64,000 bases of DNA from contig CANJPX010000008.1 in the NCBI GenBank assembly GCA_947476185.1, positions 5,693-69,692 of the forward strand, in the 5' to 3' direction. Shown in pieces: positions 28,387-38,197 of this stretch (positions within the stretch are counted from its first letter, which is position 1; each line of letters starts with the position of its first letter). Origin of the DNA: Bacteroidota bacterium (lineage in GTDB: Bacteria; Bacteroidota; Bacteroidia; 2-12-FULL-35-15). Under the pieces are notes generated by a model. That model saw only the letters and a program-made list of their open reading frames with translations. It did no database searches and was not told the DNA's origin. Both the position numbers and the translations under genes were made by a program.

Positions 28387-30249
28387 CTAATATTTTACGA
28401 TCGCGTCAAATTTGCAGGTACTCAAACATAATCCGCAACGGATACATAATTCTGTATTGATGATATGCGCTTGTTTTTTCTCGCCATGAATTGCTTCTAC
28501 AGGACAAACTTTTTTACAAGCCTGACAACCGTTACAGAGATCAAGAATTTCGAAAACAATAAGTTCTTTACAAACTGCTGTTCTGCATTTTTTGTCCCTA
28601 ATATGCTCGATGTATTCTTCCCTGAAATGTCGTAACGTACTCAACACGGGATTGGGAGCTGTTTGACCGAGGCCGCATAAGGAAGCGTTAGTAACAGTAC
28701 TTGCCAATTTTTCCAACTCATCAATATCTTTCATCTCACCTTTTCCTTCGCAGATTCTGTCAACAATTTGTTTCATGCGTGCTGTTCCTTCTCGGCATGG
28801 AACGCATTTACCACACGATTCATCCTGAACGAATTCGAGAAAGAAACGGGCAACATCCACCATGCAACTACTTTCGTCCATCACTATTAAGCCACCGCTT
28901 CCCATGATAGCACCTAATATATTCAGTGATTCATAATCTAAAGGAACATCCAGATGCTCTTCAGGAATACAGCCGCCGGATGGTCCGCCAATTTGTGCCG
29001 CCTTATATTTTTTGTTTGTTGAAATTCCACCACCAATATCGTAAACTAATTTCCGTAACGGAGTTCCAACCGGAACTTCAACCAGTCCGGAAATTTTCAC
29101 CGTTCCGGCAAGAGCAAATATTTTTGTGCCTTTACTTTTCTCTGTTCCTATTTCGGCAAATTGAGCTCCTCCATTATTTATTAAGAGAGGAATATTCGAG
29201 AATGTCTCTACATTATTCAAAACAGTAGGCTTGTTCCACAATCCTTTCTCAGCAGGAAATGGAGGACGGGGACGCGGTTCACCACGGTTACCTTCAATAG
29301 AAGTAATGAGTGCTGTTTCTTCGCCGCATACAAAAGCGCCTGAACCTTTTCTGATCTCCAGATCAAAATTAAATCCTGTTCCCAAAATATCCTTTCCAAT
29401 CAATCCGAATTCTAGTGCTTGATCAATTGCAATTTGCAACCTTTCAATAGCAAGTGGATATTCAGCTCGCACATAAACATAACCTGTAGAACTTCCAATT
29501 GCAAATGCACCTATTGCCATTCCTTCAATAATGCTGTGTGGATCTCCTTCCAAAATACTGCGATCCATAAAGGCTCCGGGATCGCCTTCATCAGCATTAC
29601 AAAGTATATATTTTTCAGTGTCCTGACTTTTCCTCGCAAAATTCCATTTTGTACCTGTCGGGAAACCCGCACCACCACGCCCACGTAATCCCGATACTGT
29701 AACCTCCTGAACAACTTGTTCGCTGCTCATAGAAGTCAGCACTTTGCTTAATGCTTTATATCCGCCACATGCAATGTAGTCAGCAATTTTCGTAGGATTT
29801 ATTTTTCCGCAATTTCTAAGGACTTGTTTATCCTGATTTTTAAAAAATGGCAATTCCGATTTTTTAGAAACCTTTTGTTCATCCACAGGATGCAATAAAT
29901 TATCAACGATCTTCCCACCGATCAAATGTTGCTCTACAATTTCTTTTACATCCTGCGCACGCACTTTCTGATAAAAGGTATCATCCTTCCCGATAACAAC
30001 GACAGGTCCAATAGCGCAAGGTCCAAGACAACCCGTTTCCATTATTTCAAGCGTTCCGTCTAATTTTGCATTTGCTAATTGAGAAACGAAAGCCTCTTTT
30101 ACTTTCATTGAACCGGAAGCAATACAACCACCACCGGCACAGATATATATTTTTTCGGAATTATACTCCTTGCTTTTTAAAAGAGTATCATATAATGTTG
30201 TTAAGTCTCCAGCATTCTTAAGAACATGCATATATTTATTTATATCCAT
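28387..30249 (-). CDS. HndC/HydB-like NuoF-family subunit (N-terminal 2Fe-2S thioredoxin-like domain, FMN/NAD(P)H domain, C-terminal 2x[4Fe-4S])
   Basis: CAGGGCIASG ... GCLGPC N-domain. NuoF motifs GLRGRGGAGFP, CNADEGDPGAF, ESCGKCVPCREG. C-terminal CNGCQACKKVCP and CIRCGLCLSTC. Confidence 0.85.
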   Translation of the reverse strand: MDINKYMHVLKNAGDLTTLYDTLLKSKEYNSEKIYICAGGGCIASGSMKVKEAFVSQLANAKLDGTLEIMETGCLGPCAIGPVVVIGKDDTFYQKVRAQDVKEIVEQHLIGGKIVDNLLHPVDEQKVSKKSELPFFKNQDKQVLRNCGKINPTKIADYIACGGYKALSKVLTSMSSEQVVQEVTVSGLRGRGGAGFPTGTKWNFARKSQDTEKYILCNADEGDPGAFMDRSILEGDPHSIIEGMAIGAFAIGSSTGYVYVRAEYPLAIERLQIAIDQALEFGLIGKDILGTGFNFDLEIRKGSGAFVCGEETALITSIEGNRGEPRPRPPFPAEKGLWNKPTVLNNVETFSNIPLLINNGGAQFAEIGTEKSKGTKIFALAGTVKISGLVEVPVGTPLRKLVYDIGGGISTNKKYKAAQIGGPSGGCIPEEHLDVPLDYESLNILGAIMGSGGLIVMDESSCMVDVARFFLEFVQDESCGKCVPCREGTARMKQIVDRICEGKGEMKDIDELEKLASTVTNASLCGLGQTAPNPVLSTLRHFREEYIEHIRDKKCRTAVCKELIVFEILDLCNGCQACKKVCPVEAIHGEKKQAHIINTELCIRCGLCLSTCKFDAIVKY

Positions 30250-30776
30250 TAGATCGCCTCCTCCTTATTTTTTTCTTTTTGTTTTTTGTAGGTACTAATT
30301 ATTTTCTTTACATCAGAAGGTTTCACCCATTGATGTACATCATCATTCACCATAATGATGGGCGCCAAACCACAAGCGCCAAAGCATCTTCCAACATCCA
30401 ATGTAAAAAGTTTGTCGGGAGAAGTTTCACCAATTTCAATACTTAATTGTTGTTTAAGAGCAGTTAGAATTTCATTTGCTCCTTGCACATAGCAGGCAGT
30501 ACCAAGACAAACACGGATAAGGTATTTGCCACGAGGTTTTAATGAGAAGAATGAATAGAAGGTAATGACACCATACACTTTTGATAAGGGTTCATTCAGA
30601 ATTTCGGAAATTTTTAAAATCGCTTCTTGCGGAATGAAACCAAAAAGACTTTGTGTTGCTTGAAGGACCGGGATCAAGGCACCAGGTTTTTCTTTGAAAG
30701 AAATAATGATCTCTTCTAATCGTTCCAATAAGCCATCATCGTCATTACCACAAGAGCACTTTTCAACTTTTGCCAT
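30249..30776 (-). CDS. NuoE/HndA-like 2Fe-2S thioredoxin-like subunit
   Basis: CLGTACYVQG ... CFGACGLAP cysteine pattern of the NuoE family. Start overlaps the stop of the HndC-like gene. Confidence 0.85.
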   Translation of the reverse strand: MAKVEKCSCGNDDDGLLERLEEIIISFKEKPGALIPVLQATQSLFGFIPQEAILKISEILNEPLSKVYGVITFYSFFSLKPRGKYLIRVCLGTACYVQGANEILTALKQQLSIEIGETSPDKLFTLDVGRCFGACGLAPIIMVNDDVHQWVKPSDVKKIISTYKKQKEKNKEEAI

Positions 30777-30887
30777 TTGAATTTTATTTTTTTATTCGTA
30801 ATAAAATTTTTCCTTGACGCCGCAAAAACGTGATTTTTATTTATACAACAATTCTATATTTTCATTCCGTCTTTGTGACAATTTTTT

Positions 30888-31691
30888 TTAATGATTTTTA
30901 ATATTTTCTATTTGACTGTAAACAGTAAATTTCTTTTCTCTGCAAAAAGCCATCAGTGTAATTCCTAATTGTTCCGCTAGATCAACAGCAAAAGATGACG
31001 GTGCAGAAACAGCGGCCAAAAATGGAATACCAGCAGCATAACATTTGTTCACAATTTCATAGGATATCCTTCCGCTAACAACTAAACATTTTGCATTCAG
31101 CAATTCTTTTCTATAAAGGAGACTTCCAATCACTTTATCAACTGCATTGTGCCGACCAATATCTTCTTGTATTGCCAAAAGTTTACCACCAATTGTAAAC
31201 GCCGCTGCAGCATGCGAACCACCTGACTGCTTAAAAGTATCCTGAGAAGAGTTCATTTGCTCAAACATCTTCCCAACCATTTCGGGATCTAATTTTTCTG
31301 TAACAATTAAATTCTTTGAATCGTTGGGGAATCCATCCAATTCTGATTTCCCGCAAATCCCACAAGAAGAAGATGAAATAATACTCCTGGAAATTTCCAT
31401 TCCTTTACCAACTTTTTCATTCGGAATTGTTACATCCACATAAGTGACAAAACCTTTACCACTTTTTTCAACAACAGAAATAGTAGGATCTTCATCGATC
31501 TCTGAATATACATTTTCAGAAAACAAAAGCCCACGCACAAGCTCTCTTTCAGATCCTGGCGTGCGCATTGTAACAGTAAAGGGATTTTTATTAATGGTGA
31601 TCTTCAGCGATTCTTCTATAACAAGAACATCGTTGACAGGAAAAAAATTCCCTTCAGAATATTTCCGACCTTTATAAGAGGCTGTACTCAT
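30888..31691 (-). CDS. fdhD: formate dehydrogenase accessory sulfurtransferase FdhD
   Basis: Conserved SSSCGICGK loop cysteine motif and overall FdhD-length protein, in operon with fdh genes. Confidence 0.85.
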   Translation of the reverse strand: MSTASYKGRKYSEGNFFPVNDVLVIEESLKITINKNPFTVTMRTPGSERELVRGLLFSENVYSEIDEDPTISVVEKSGKGFVTYVDVTIPNEKVGKGMEISRSIISSSSCGICGKSELDGFPNDSKNLIVTEKLDPEMVGKMFEQMNSSQDTFKQSGGSHAAAAFTIGGKLLAIQEDIGRHNAVDKVIGSLLYRKELLNAKCLVVSGRISYEIVNKCYAAGIPFLAAVSAPSSFAVDLAEQLGITLMAFCREKKFTVYSQIENIKNH

Positions 31692-31692
31692 T

Positions 31693-33375
31693 TTATGATA
31701 ATCCAGTTATTTTTCCGTTAGCATCAATGTCCATTCCTTCAGAAGCGGGATTAACCGGTAAGCCGGGCATACGCATCATTTCCCCAAGAATAGGAATTAC
31801 AAAACCTGCTCCAGCTGCAAATTCAAACTCTCTAACTGTAACACTGAAATTTCTCGGTCTACCAATTTTTGCTTCATCATCCGACAACGATTTCTGAGTT
31901 TTAGCCATACAGATCGGTAATTTATCGTAACCCAAAGCCTTGATCGTTTTAAGGCCTGCACGGGCCTTTGCAGAATACTCAATGGTATCTGCTCCATAAA
32001 TTTCGGTGGCTATGATCTTTATCTTTTCCTCGATAGATAAATTCCAATCGTATAAAGGTTTGAAATTATTTTCACCGCTTTCGATCACCTTCACAACTGC
32101 TTTTGCAAGATCCGTTGTGCCTGCTCCACCTTTTGCCCAACATTCTGAAAGCACTGCTTCAACACCATGTTTAGCACATTCTGTTTTAATGAAATCTACT
32201 TCCTCTTTGGAATCACTAATAAAACTATTGATTGCGACAACAGGTTTGATACCGAATTTTAAAATATTCTCGATGTGTTTCTCCAAATTCTCAAATCCTT
32301 TTTTCACGCGTTCCAAACTTGGTGTATTGTATTCCTCTTTTTTTGCTCCACCATGATGGCGCAAAGCTCTGATGGTAGCAACTAAAACAACGGCATTTGG
32401 TTTTAACCCTGCATATCCGCACTTAATGTTCATGAATTTCTCAGCGCCAAGATCAGCACCAAAGCCTGCTTCAGTGACTACATAATCAGCTAAAGACAAT
32501 CCCATTTTTGTAGCGATAATAGTATTTGTTCCTTGTGCAATATTTGCAAAAGGGCCACCGTGAATGATCGCAGGATTTCCTTCGAGTGTTTGAACAAGAT
32601 TTGGTTTGATAGCATCCTTCAATAAAATTGCCATCGCTCCTTGCGCTTTCAAATCTCTGGCAAAGATTGGTTTTTTATCAAATGTATATCCGACAAAAAT
32701 ATTTCCAAGTTTTGTTTTCAAGTCTTCAATATTTCTCGACATACACAAAATGGCCATTACCTCCGAAGCAGGTGTGATGTTAAACCCATCCTGACGAGGT
32801 GTTCCGTTAGTTGTTCCGCCAAGCCCGATAACTATATTTCTAAGTGCACGGTCATTCATATCCATCACACGTTTCCAAACTACAGTACGTGCATCGATAT
32901 TTAAATTGTTCGTTTTATTTTGAATGTTATTATCGATAATAGCTGCCAATAAATTATTCGCCTTTTCAATAGCAGAAAAATCTCCGGTGAAATGTAAGTT
33001 GATATCTTCCATAGGAATAACCTGAGAGTAGCCACCACCGGCAGCTCCACCTTTTATTCCGAATACAGGTCCGAGTGATGGTTCACGCAAAACAACAGTT
33101 GTTTTTTTACCAATGATATTTAATCCTTCTGTCAAACCGATCGAAGTAGTTGTTTTACCTTCACCTGCAGGAGTAGGACTAATTGCTGTTACTAATACTA
33201 ATTTATGTTTCTTTATTTTCTCTTCATCGATAAGTGATAAAGGAAGTTTTGCTTTGTACTTTCCAAAATGTTCAAGGTCATCTACGGCAATACCTAATTT
33301 GCCGGCTATTTCATTAATGTGTTTGATAGTTGCATTTTGTGCGATATCAAGATCTGTCAAAATTGTTTTTGTCAT
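31693..33375 (-). CDS. fhs: formate--tetrahydrofolate ligase
   Basis: PTPAGEGKTTTSIGL P-loop and overall FTHFS length (560 aa). Stop is 1 nt from the fdhD start. Confidence 0.9.
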   Translation of the reverse strand: MTKTILTDLDIAQNATIKHINEIAGKLGIAVDDLEHFGKYKAKLPLSLIDEEKIKKHKLVLVTAISPTPAGEGKTTTSIGLTEGLNIIGKKTTVVLREPSLGPVFGIKGGAAGGGYSQVIPMEDINLHFTGDFSAIEKANNLLAAIIDNNIQNKTNNLNIDARTVVWKRVMDMNDRALRNIVIGLGGTTNGTPRQDGFNITPASEVMAILCMSRNIEDLKTKLGNIFVGYTFDKKPIFARDLKAQGAMAILLKDAIKPNLVQTLEGNPAIIHGGPFANIAQGTNTIIATKMGLSLADYVVTEAGFGADLGAEKFMNIKCGYAGLKPNAVVLVATIRALRHHGGAKKEEYNTPSLERVKKGFENLEKHIENILKFGIKPVVAINSFISDSKEEVDFIKTECAKHGVEAVLSECWAKGGAGTTDLAKAVVKVIESGENNFKPLYDWNLSIEEKIKIIATEIYGADTIEYSAKARAGLKTIKALGYDKLPICMAKTQKSLSDDEAKIGRPRNFSVTVREFEFAAGAGFVIPILGEMMRMPGLPVNPASEGMDIDANGKITGLS

Positions 33376-33915
33376 TTTGCAAGGATTTATTTGTAAATAA
33401 TTATTTTAAAAACTACGTTTTAATAGAAGGCATATTGTTTGAAACTTAGCGAATGTAAACAAAAAGTCAATTATTAACAATGATTCAGACCTGATAAAAC
33501 TCATACATATCATTTCGAGGTTTTTACTAAGAATCTGCACTCTTAATAATCTAAAAGACTTATTTGAAAAGGATATAAACAATAGGCCTGCCTCAGATAC
33601 CAGCGTATCAACTCATAGCTCTTATTCGCCCTATATTTTTATCCAACCCTTAAAACGAATTTCCATTACAGCAAGTTATCTCTCAAATGTTGGGAATAAT
33701 ATAATTGAAGAAAATGGATATTTATCAAACAACTCTCCATATCTTACAATTTCAAGATTGTCTGCTATGGCTAGTTTCAATATCAGCAAACACTTTTCTT
33801 TATACGGTTTATATCAAATGGAAGACAAAAAAGAAACAGTTCAATTATTTAATTACAAATACAATGTGATCGTTGTGAGTTTATAATTTGTTCCATAATT
33901 GAATCCCATTTCCTA

Positions 33916-36138
33916 TCAAACTCTGACACCGATTACACAAACATCATCCACCTGTTCCAAATTACCTCTCCAATTTTCAAAATTCTCGAGAAGGAGCATT
34001 TTTTGCTGGGCAACAGGCTTATCATGAATTGCCAGAAAATTTTCTTTCATCTGACTGTACTTAAATTTTTTTCCTTTAGTACCTCCAAATTGATCCGCGT
34101 AACCATCTGTAAAAAGGTAAAATGAAGTTCCTTTTTCTAATTTAACATTATGATTAATGAATGGAGTCATCTCATCATTATAGCCTATGCATTGTTTGTC
34201 CGGTTTAAGATCGATCAGTTCTCCATTCTTAATAATATATAATGGATTATTTGCACCGGCCCATTGCAGTTCATTTGTTTTTAGATCCAGCCTTACAATA
34301 GACATATCCATGCCATCATTTGTTTCTTGTTCTCGTCCTGATTGCCTGAATTCCTTAACAATTTTATAACGTAATTCATCAAGAATCTCGGCAGGTGAAA
34401 ATATTTTGCTACTTGCATTTATCTCATTCAAAAACGCAACACCAAGCATGCTCATAAAAGCACCCGGAACACCGTGTCCTGTGCAATCAACAGCTGCCAC
34501 ATAAAACATATTCTCTTTCTCTAATGACCAATAAAAATCACCACTAACAATATCTTTAGGCTTATACAAAATAAAATGTTCAGGTAAATGCTCTGTCACA
34601 TGATCCTCCGTTTTCAATAATGCATCCTGTATTCTTTTTGCATAATTTATGGAATCGATAATACCCTTATTTTTCTCTTCAACAATTTCTTTTTGTTGCT
34701 CAATAATTTTTTTCTGTTCTTCCGTCTGTTTATTTTTCTCTTCGATCAATTTCTTTTGTTTGCGCGCAACTCTTAAGGCTCTGAAAATTAAAGCCACGAA
34801 GATAAAAAGCAGTAACAATCCTGTGGAAACAAAGATCAATATCAATTGTTGCTTTTTATTATTTACCACTGCAAGCGCATCCTTTTTTTCTTGAGTAGCC
34901 TTATTTGCAGCATCTTTTTTCTCATATTCATAAGACATTTCTTTACGAGTGATCTCTTTATCCTTTTCTGTATTGTACAGAGAATCCTTAATAGTTTCTG
35001 CCAGCTGAAAGTGCTTTAGGGCTTTTAAATAGTCCCCAGTCCCCTTATAAAGATCTCTAAGGCAAAGGTGGCATTCCCTGATATCATCCAAGGAGCCTAA
35101 TGTTTCCGCTAATGTCAAGGACCTTTGCAAATAATCGTTTGCCTCTGGATATTTTTTTGTAGTGGTATACAATATCCCAATACTTCTCAAACCGGTAACA
35201 ATTAAACTTTTTACGCCAAGCTCTTCCTTTAATTTTAAAGACTGCATATAATAATCAAGCGCTTTAACATTATCCTTTTCATTGAAATATACATTGCCGA
35301 TATTTCCAAGATGCCGTGCCACACCGCTTCTATTCTGAAGTTCTTCCGACATCTTCAATGCTTTAAAATAATAATCCAAAGCTCTCTTATTGTCATTTTG
35401 TTCAGCATAAACACCACCTAAATTTCCTAAATGCCTGGCAACTCCGCTTTTATTTCCTATCTCCTCATCTATTCTCAAAGCTTGAAGATAATAATCTAGT
35501 GTTTTACCATAATTTTTCAGTTTATAATAAACAACACCAATGTTCCCAAGATCTGTGGAGATTTCTTTCTTCCCACCTATTTCTTCATCTATTTTTAATG
35601 CTTGAAAATAAAAATCGAGGGCTTTTGGATAATCACCCTGTTTACGATATACGATACCAACGTTCCCAAGAACATTTGCCATCAACATTTTTATTCTCTT
35701 TGTGACTAATTCGGTGGAATTCGTATTTGATAAAAGTCCCCGGTAAAGATCAAGGGCTTGAGAATAAAATTGCATTGAAAGAATGTAATCATCCTTATCA
35801 TCATAAAAAGAACCGATCTGATAATAGGAAACACCTTGTCCTAATTTAATTAACTTTTCCAAGGAAGGATCATCATTATTTGCTAGTATTTTTTGGGCAA
35901 GATGAAGCGCTTCGGTACTCAAAAACAAAGCAGTATCAGAATTATTGAAACTCAATTGCCAGGCAAGTGCATTCAGGTGGTTTACTTTTAATGTATCACC
36001 TATACAAGGCAATGAACAATTTGGATGATCTCCTTTTAAAAGAGCCGACAATGAATCAATTTTATTTTGCTGAGCAAAAGTGAAAATGCTAAAAAATAAA
36101 AATGCTAAACAAATAAAGAGTTTTTCAAACGCTTTCAT
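33916..36138 (-). CDS. TPR-repeat / single-TM / PP2C(SpoIIE)-type phosphatase
   Basis: Signal peptide and about 7 TPR units (ALDYY repeats). TM segment LILIFVSTGLLLLFIFVALIF and a coiled coil. C-terminal SGDFYWS, DCTGHGVPGAFMSM, GTSFYLFTDGYADQ. Confidence 0.8.
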   Translation of the reverse strand: MKAFEKLFICLAFLFFSIFTFAQQNKIDSLSALLKGDHPNCSLPCIGDTLKVNHLNALAWQLSFNNSDTALFLSTEALHLAQKILANNDDPSLEKLIKLGQGVSYYQIGSFYDDKDDYILSMQFYSQALDLYRGLLSNTNSTELVTKRIKMLMANVLGNVGIVYRKQGDYPKALDFYFQALKIDEEIGGKKEISTDLGNIGVVYYKLKNYGKTLDYYLQALRIDEEIGNKSGVARHLGNLGGVYAEQNDNKRALDYYFKALKMSEELQNRSGVARHLGNIGNVYFNEKDNVKALDYYMQSLKLKEELGVKSLIVTGLRSIGILYTTTKKYPEANDYLQRSLTLAETLGSLDDIRECHLCLRDLYKGTGDYLKALKHFQLAETIKDSLYNTEKDKEITRKEMSYEYEKKDAANKATQEKKDALAVVNNKKQQLILIFVSTGLLLLFIFVALIFRALRVARKQKKLIEEKNKQTEEQKKIIEQQKEIVEEKNKGIIDSINYAKRIQDALLKTEDHVTEHLPEHFILYKPKDIVSGDFYWSLEKENMFYVAAVDCTGHGVPGAFMSMLGVAFLNEINASSKIFSPAEILDELRYKIVKEFRQSGREQETNDGMDMSIVRLDLKTNELQWAGANNPLYIIKNGELIDLKPDKQCIGYNDEMTPFINHNVKLEKGTSFYLFTDGYADQFGGTKGKKFKYSQMKENFLAIHDKPVAQQKMLLLENFENWRGNLEQVDDVCVIGVRV

Positions 36139-36355
36139 ATTGTTCTAGGAATATATAGTTAATATATAGAGAGAGTGTGTTCCAATGCAAATTTATCAAA
36201 TAAATTGAAGAAGTATAGAAATAATGAATATCTATAATAATGAAATTTTAGATATTTCTTTTTTTGAAAGGTAACAATACCAATATTCAAATAACTTCTC
36301 TTAACAGAATAGAAATATAAAAATAGTCTTTTAAAAAGTAGCCTTGTTTTATGAA

Positions 36356-36427
36356 GTGGTCTCGCCCAGAATCGAACTGGGATCAAAAGTTTAGGAAACT
36401 TCTATTCTATCCGTTGAACTACGAAAC
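36356..36427 (-). tRNA. tRNA-Arg (anticodon CCT), CCA not encoded
   Basis: Hand-folded from the reverse complement: acceptor GGTTTCG/CGAGACC, D-arm GTTC-AACGGATA-GAAT, anticodon stem GAAGT/ACTTT with loop TTCCTAA (anticodon CCT), T-arm CCCAG-TTCGATT-CTGGG, discriminator A. Confidence 0.8.
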
Positions 36428-36547
36428 CTGTATTTCTTTACTTATTTAATAATTATTTGTGAGGAAATTTCATCCGAAAAGTATTTCGTGAATATACTTT
36501 CACTTTAGCTTGTCAGCAAAATATTTTGAATTAAAAGTAGCTAACGT

Positions 36548-36937
36548 TTACCTTCGGAGCGTTAAAATATATTGAGCAACTTGTCTTATCTCTTCAGCAG
36601 ATAAAACAGCGGGGAATCGGGGGGCATGTATTTTGTTTCCTATCGTTTGAGCTGATGAAATCAATTTCACAGCTTCGTCAACACTTAATGTAGAAATAGA
36701 CAGATCTTTTGCTTCATTGTGTTTCTTTTTTCCATCAATACCATGACACAAAATACATTCAGCATGGTAAATTTTTTCTCCGGCAGAAATCACTTTAGTA
36801 TCTGATTTTTGCATTGTGTCAACAGAAACAACTTTCGCTTCGGTTGCATTAATTTCTGCCACAGGCTGATTTTCATGAGAACAAGAAAACAAAAATGTAA
36901 CACCAAACAATATGGAAAATGGAATAAATATTTTCAT
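36548..36937 (-). CDS. class I c-type cytochrome (lipoprotein)
   Basis: Start moved to MKIFIPFSILFGVTFLFSCS (lipobox). Single CILCH heme-binding motif with a downstream Met ligand region. Confidence 0.7.
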   Translation of the reverse strand: MKIFIPFSILFGVTFLFSCSHENQPVAEINATEAKVVSVDTMQKSDTKVISAGEKIYHAECILCHGIDGKKKHNEAKDLSISTLSVDEAVKLISSAQTIGNKIHAPRFPAVLSAEEIRQVAQYILTLRR

Positions 36938-37134
36938 AAGTAAAAAGTCATATTTTATCACAACAATGTAGTTATAAAACAAATTTAACTAAATTCTTTG
37001 GTTTAATCCCCCTTTTGAATAGAATTATTGGTTAAGAATACTAAAGAAATGTTCTAAAGTTATATGGATGGCAATTTTGTTACTTGCTCAATTATTAGTA
37101 ATTTTAAATGCTATAAAAAAATTAGCACAACTAA

Positions 37135-38181
37135 ATGAAGTTTACAGCCAAACAAATTGCCGACTTATTGGGTGGAACAATAGAAGGAAATGGAGAAGTT
37201 TCTGTTTCAAATCTTACCAAGATCGAAGAAGGTAAATTGGGAAGTCTTTCTTTTTTGTCAAATTCCCTTTATACTCCTTTCATATACGAAACAGATGCTT
37301 CAGCTGTTATTGTAAACAATGCTTTAATTCTGGATAAACCTGTAAAATCAACACTTACACTTATTCGTGTCGATGACCCCTACACCAGTTTTGCAAAATT
37401 ACTGGAAGTCTATCATCAATTCAGACATAACAAAAAAGGTATTGAACAACCCTCCTTTATTTCTGCAAGTGCAAAACTTGGGAATGACTGCTACATTGGA
37501 GCTTTTGCATATATCGGAGAGAATGTTAGCATTGGAAATAATGTAAAAATATATCCTCATTGTTATATTGGCGACAATGTTACAATTGGAAATGACTGCA
37601 CTTTTTTTTCAGGAGTAAAAATATATCATGACTGCATACTAGGAAATGATTGCACCATACATGCGAGCACCGTTGTTGGTAGCGACGGCTTTGGTTTTGC
37701 TCCCAATGCAGATAAGAATTATAAAAAAGTTCCACAGATTGGCAATGTGATCATTGAGGACCATGTAGAAATTGGTTCAAATACTTCTATTGATAGGGCA
37801 ACTATGGGTTCAACTATTATCAGAAAAGGCACAAAATTGGATAATCTAGTTCAAATTGCTCACAATGTCGAATTAGGTGAAAATTGTATTTTGGCCGGAG
37901 GCGCATTTGTTGCCGGTTCAACAAAACTTGGCAATAATGTTATGATGGGTGGCCAATCCGGAGTAATCGGACATATTAAAATTGCTAACGGCGTAAAGAT
38001 CGCAGGTCAATCGGGAGTTGGCAACAGCATCGAAACCGAAGATTTGGTAGTACAAGGTTCTCCGGCATTTGCAATAGGTGACTACCAAAGAAGCTACGTT
38101 CTTTTCAGAAGTTTTCAAAAACTGAATGACAGGATTCGCACGCTTGAAAAAGAGATTAAAAAATTAAATCTTCCCCAATAG
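37135..38181 (+). CDS. lpxD: UDP-3-O-acylglucosamine N-acyltransferase
   Basis: LpxD N-terminal domain followed by long left-handed beta-helix hexapeptide repeats ([LIV]G-x-x-x-x) and a C-terminal helix. Confidence 0.9.
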   Translation: MKFTAKQIADLLGGTIEGNGEVSVSNLTKIEEGKLGSLSFLSNSLYTPFIYETDASAVIVNNALILDKPVKSTLTLIRVDDPYTSFAKLLEVYHQFRHNKKGIEQPSFISASAKLGNDCYIGAFAYIGENVSIGNNVKIYPHCYIGDNVTIGNDCTFFSGVKIYHDCILGNDCTIHASTVVGSDGFGFAPNADKNYKKVPQIGNVIIEDHVEIGSNTSIDRATMGSTIIRKGTKLDNLVQIAHNVELGENCILAGGAFVAGSTKLGNNVMMGGQSGVIGHIKIANGVKIAGQSGVGNSIETEDLVVQGSPAFAIGDYQRSYVLFRSFQKLNDRIRTLEKEIKKLNLPQ

Positions 38182-38197
38182 CCTGCTTTCCTTTGTT

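Noticed and set aside
854-29714. Numerous 60-175-aa ORFs antisense to large, well-supported genes (for example 854..1063-, 5087..5446-, 19289..19525+, 24578..25099+, 26787..27080+, 29419..29688+)
   Set aside because: They lie antisense or out of frame within genes with strong motif support. No domain signatures. Typical AT-rich-genome noise.
36159-36386. 75-aa ORF overlapping the tRNA region
   Set aside because: It overlaps a well-folding tRNA-Arg on the same strand. The AT-rich translation has no features. Spurious.
36350-36430. Possibility that the tRNA-Arg marks a genomic island or prophage integration site
   Set aside because: No integrase, no phage genes and no visible direct repeat of the tRNA 3' end in the flanking 30 kb. 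Adjacent genes are ordinary chromosomal functions.
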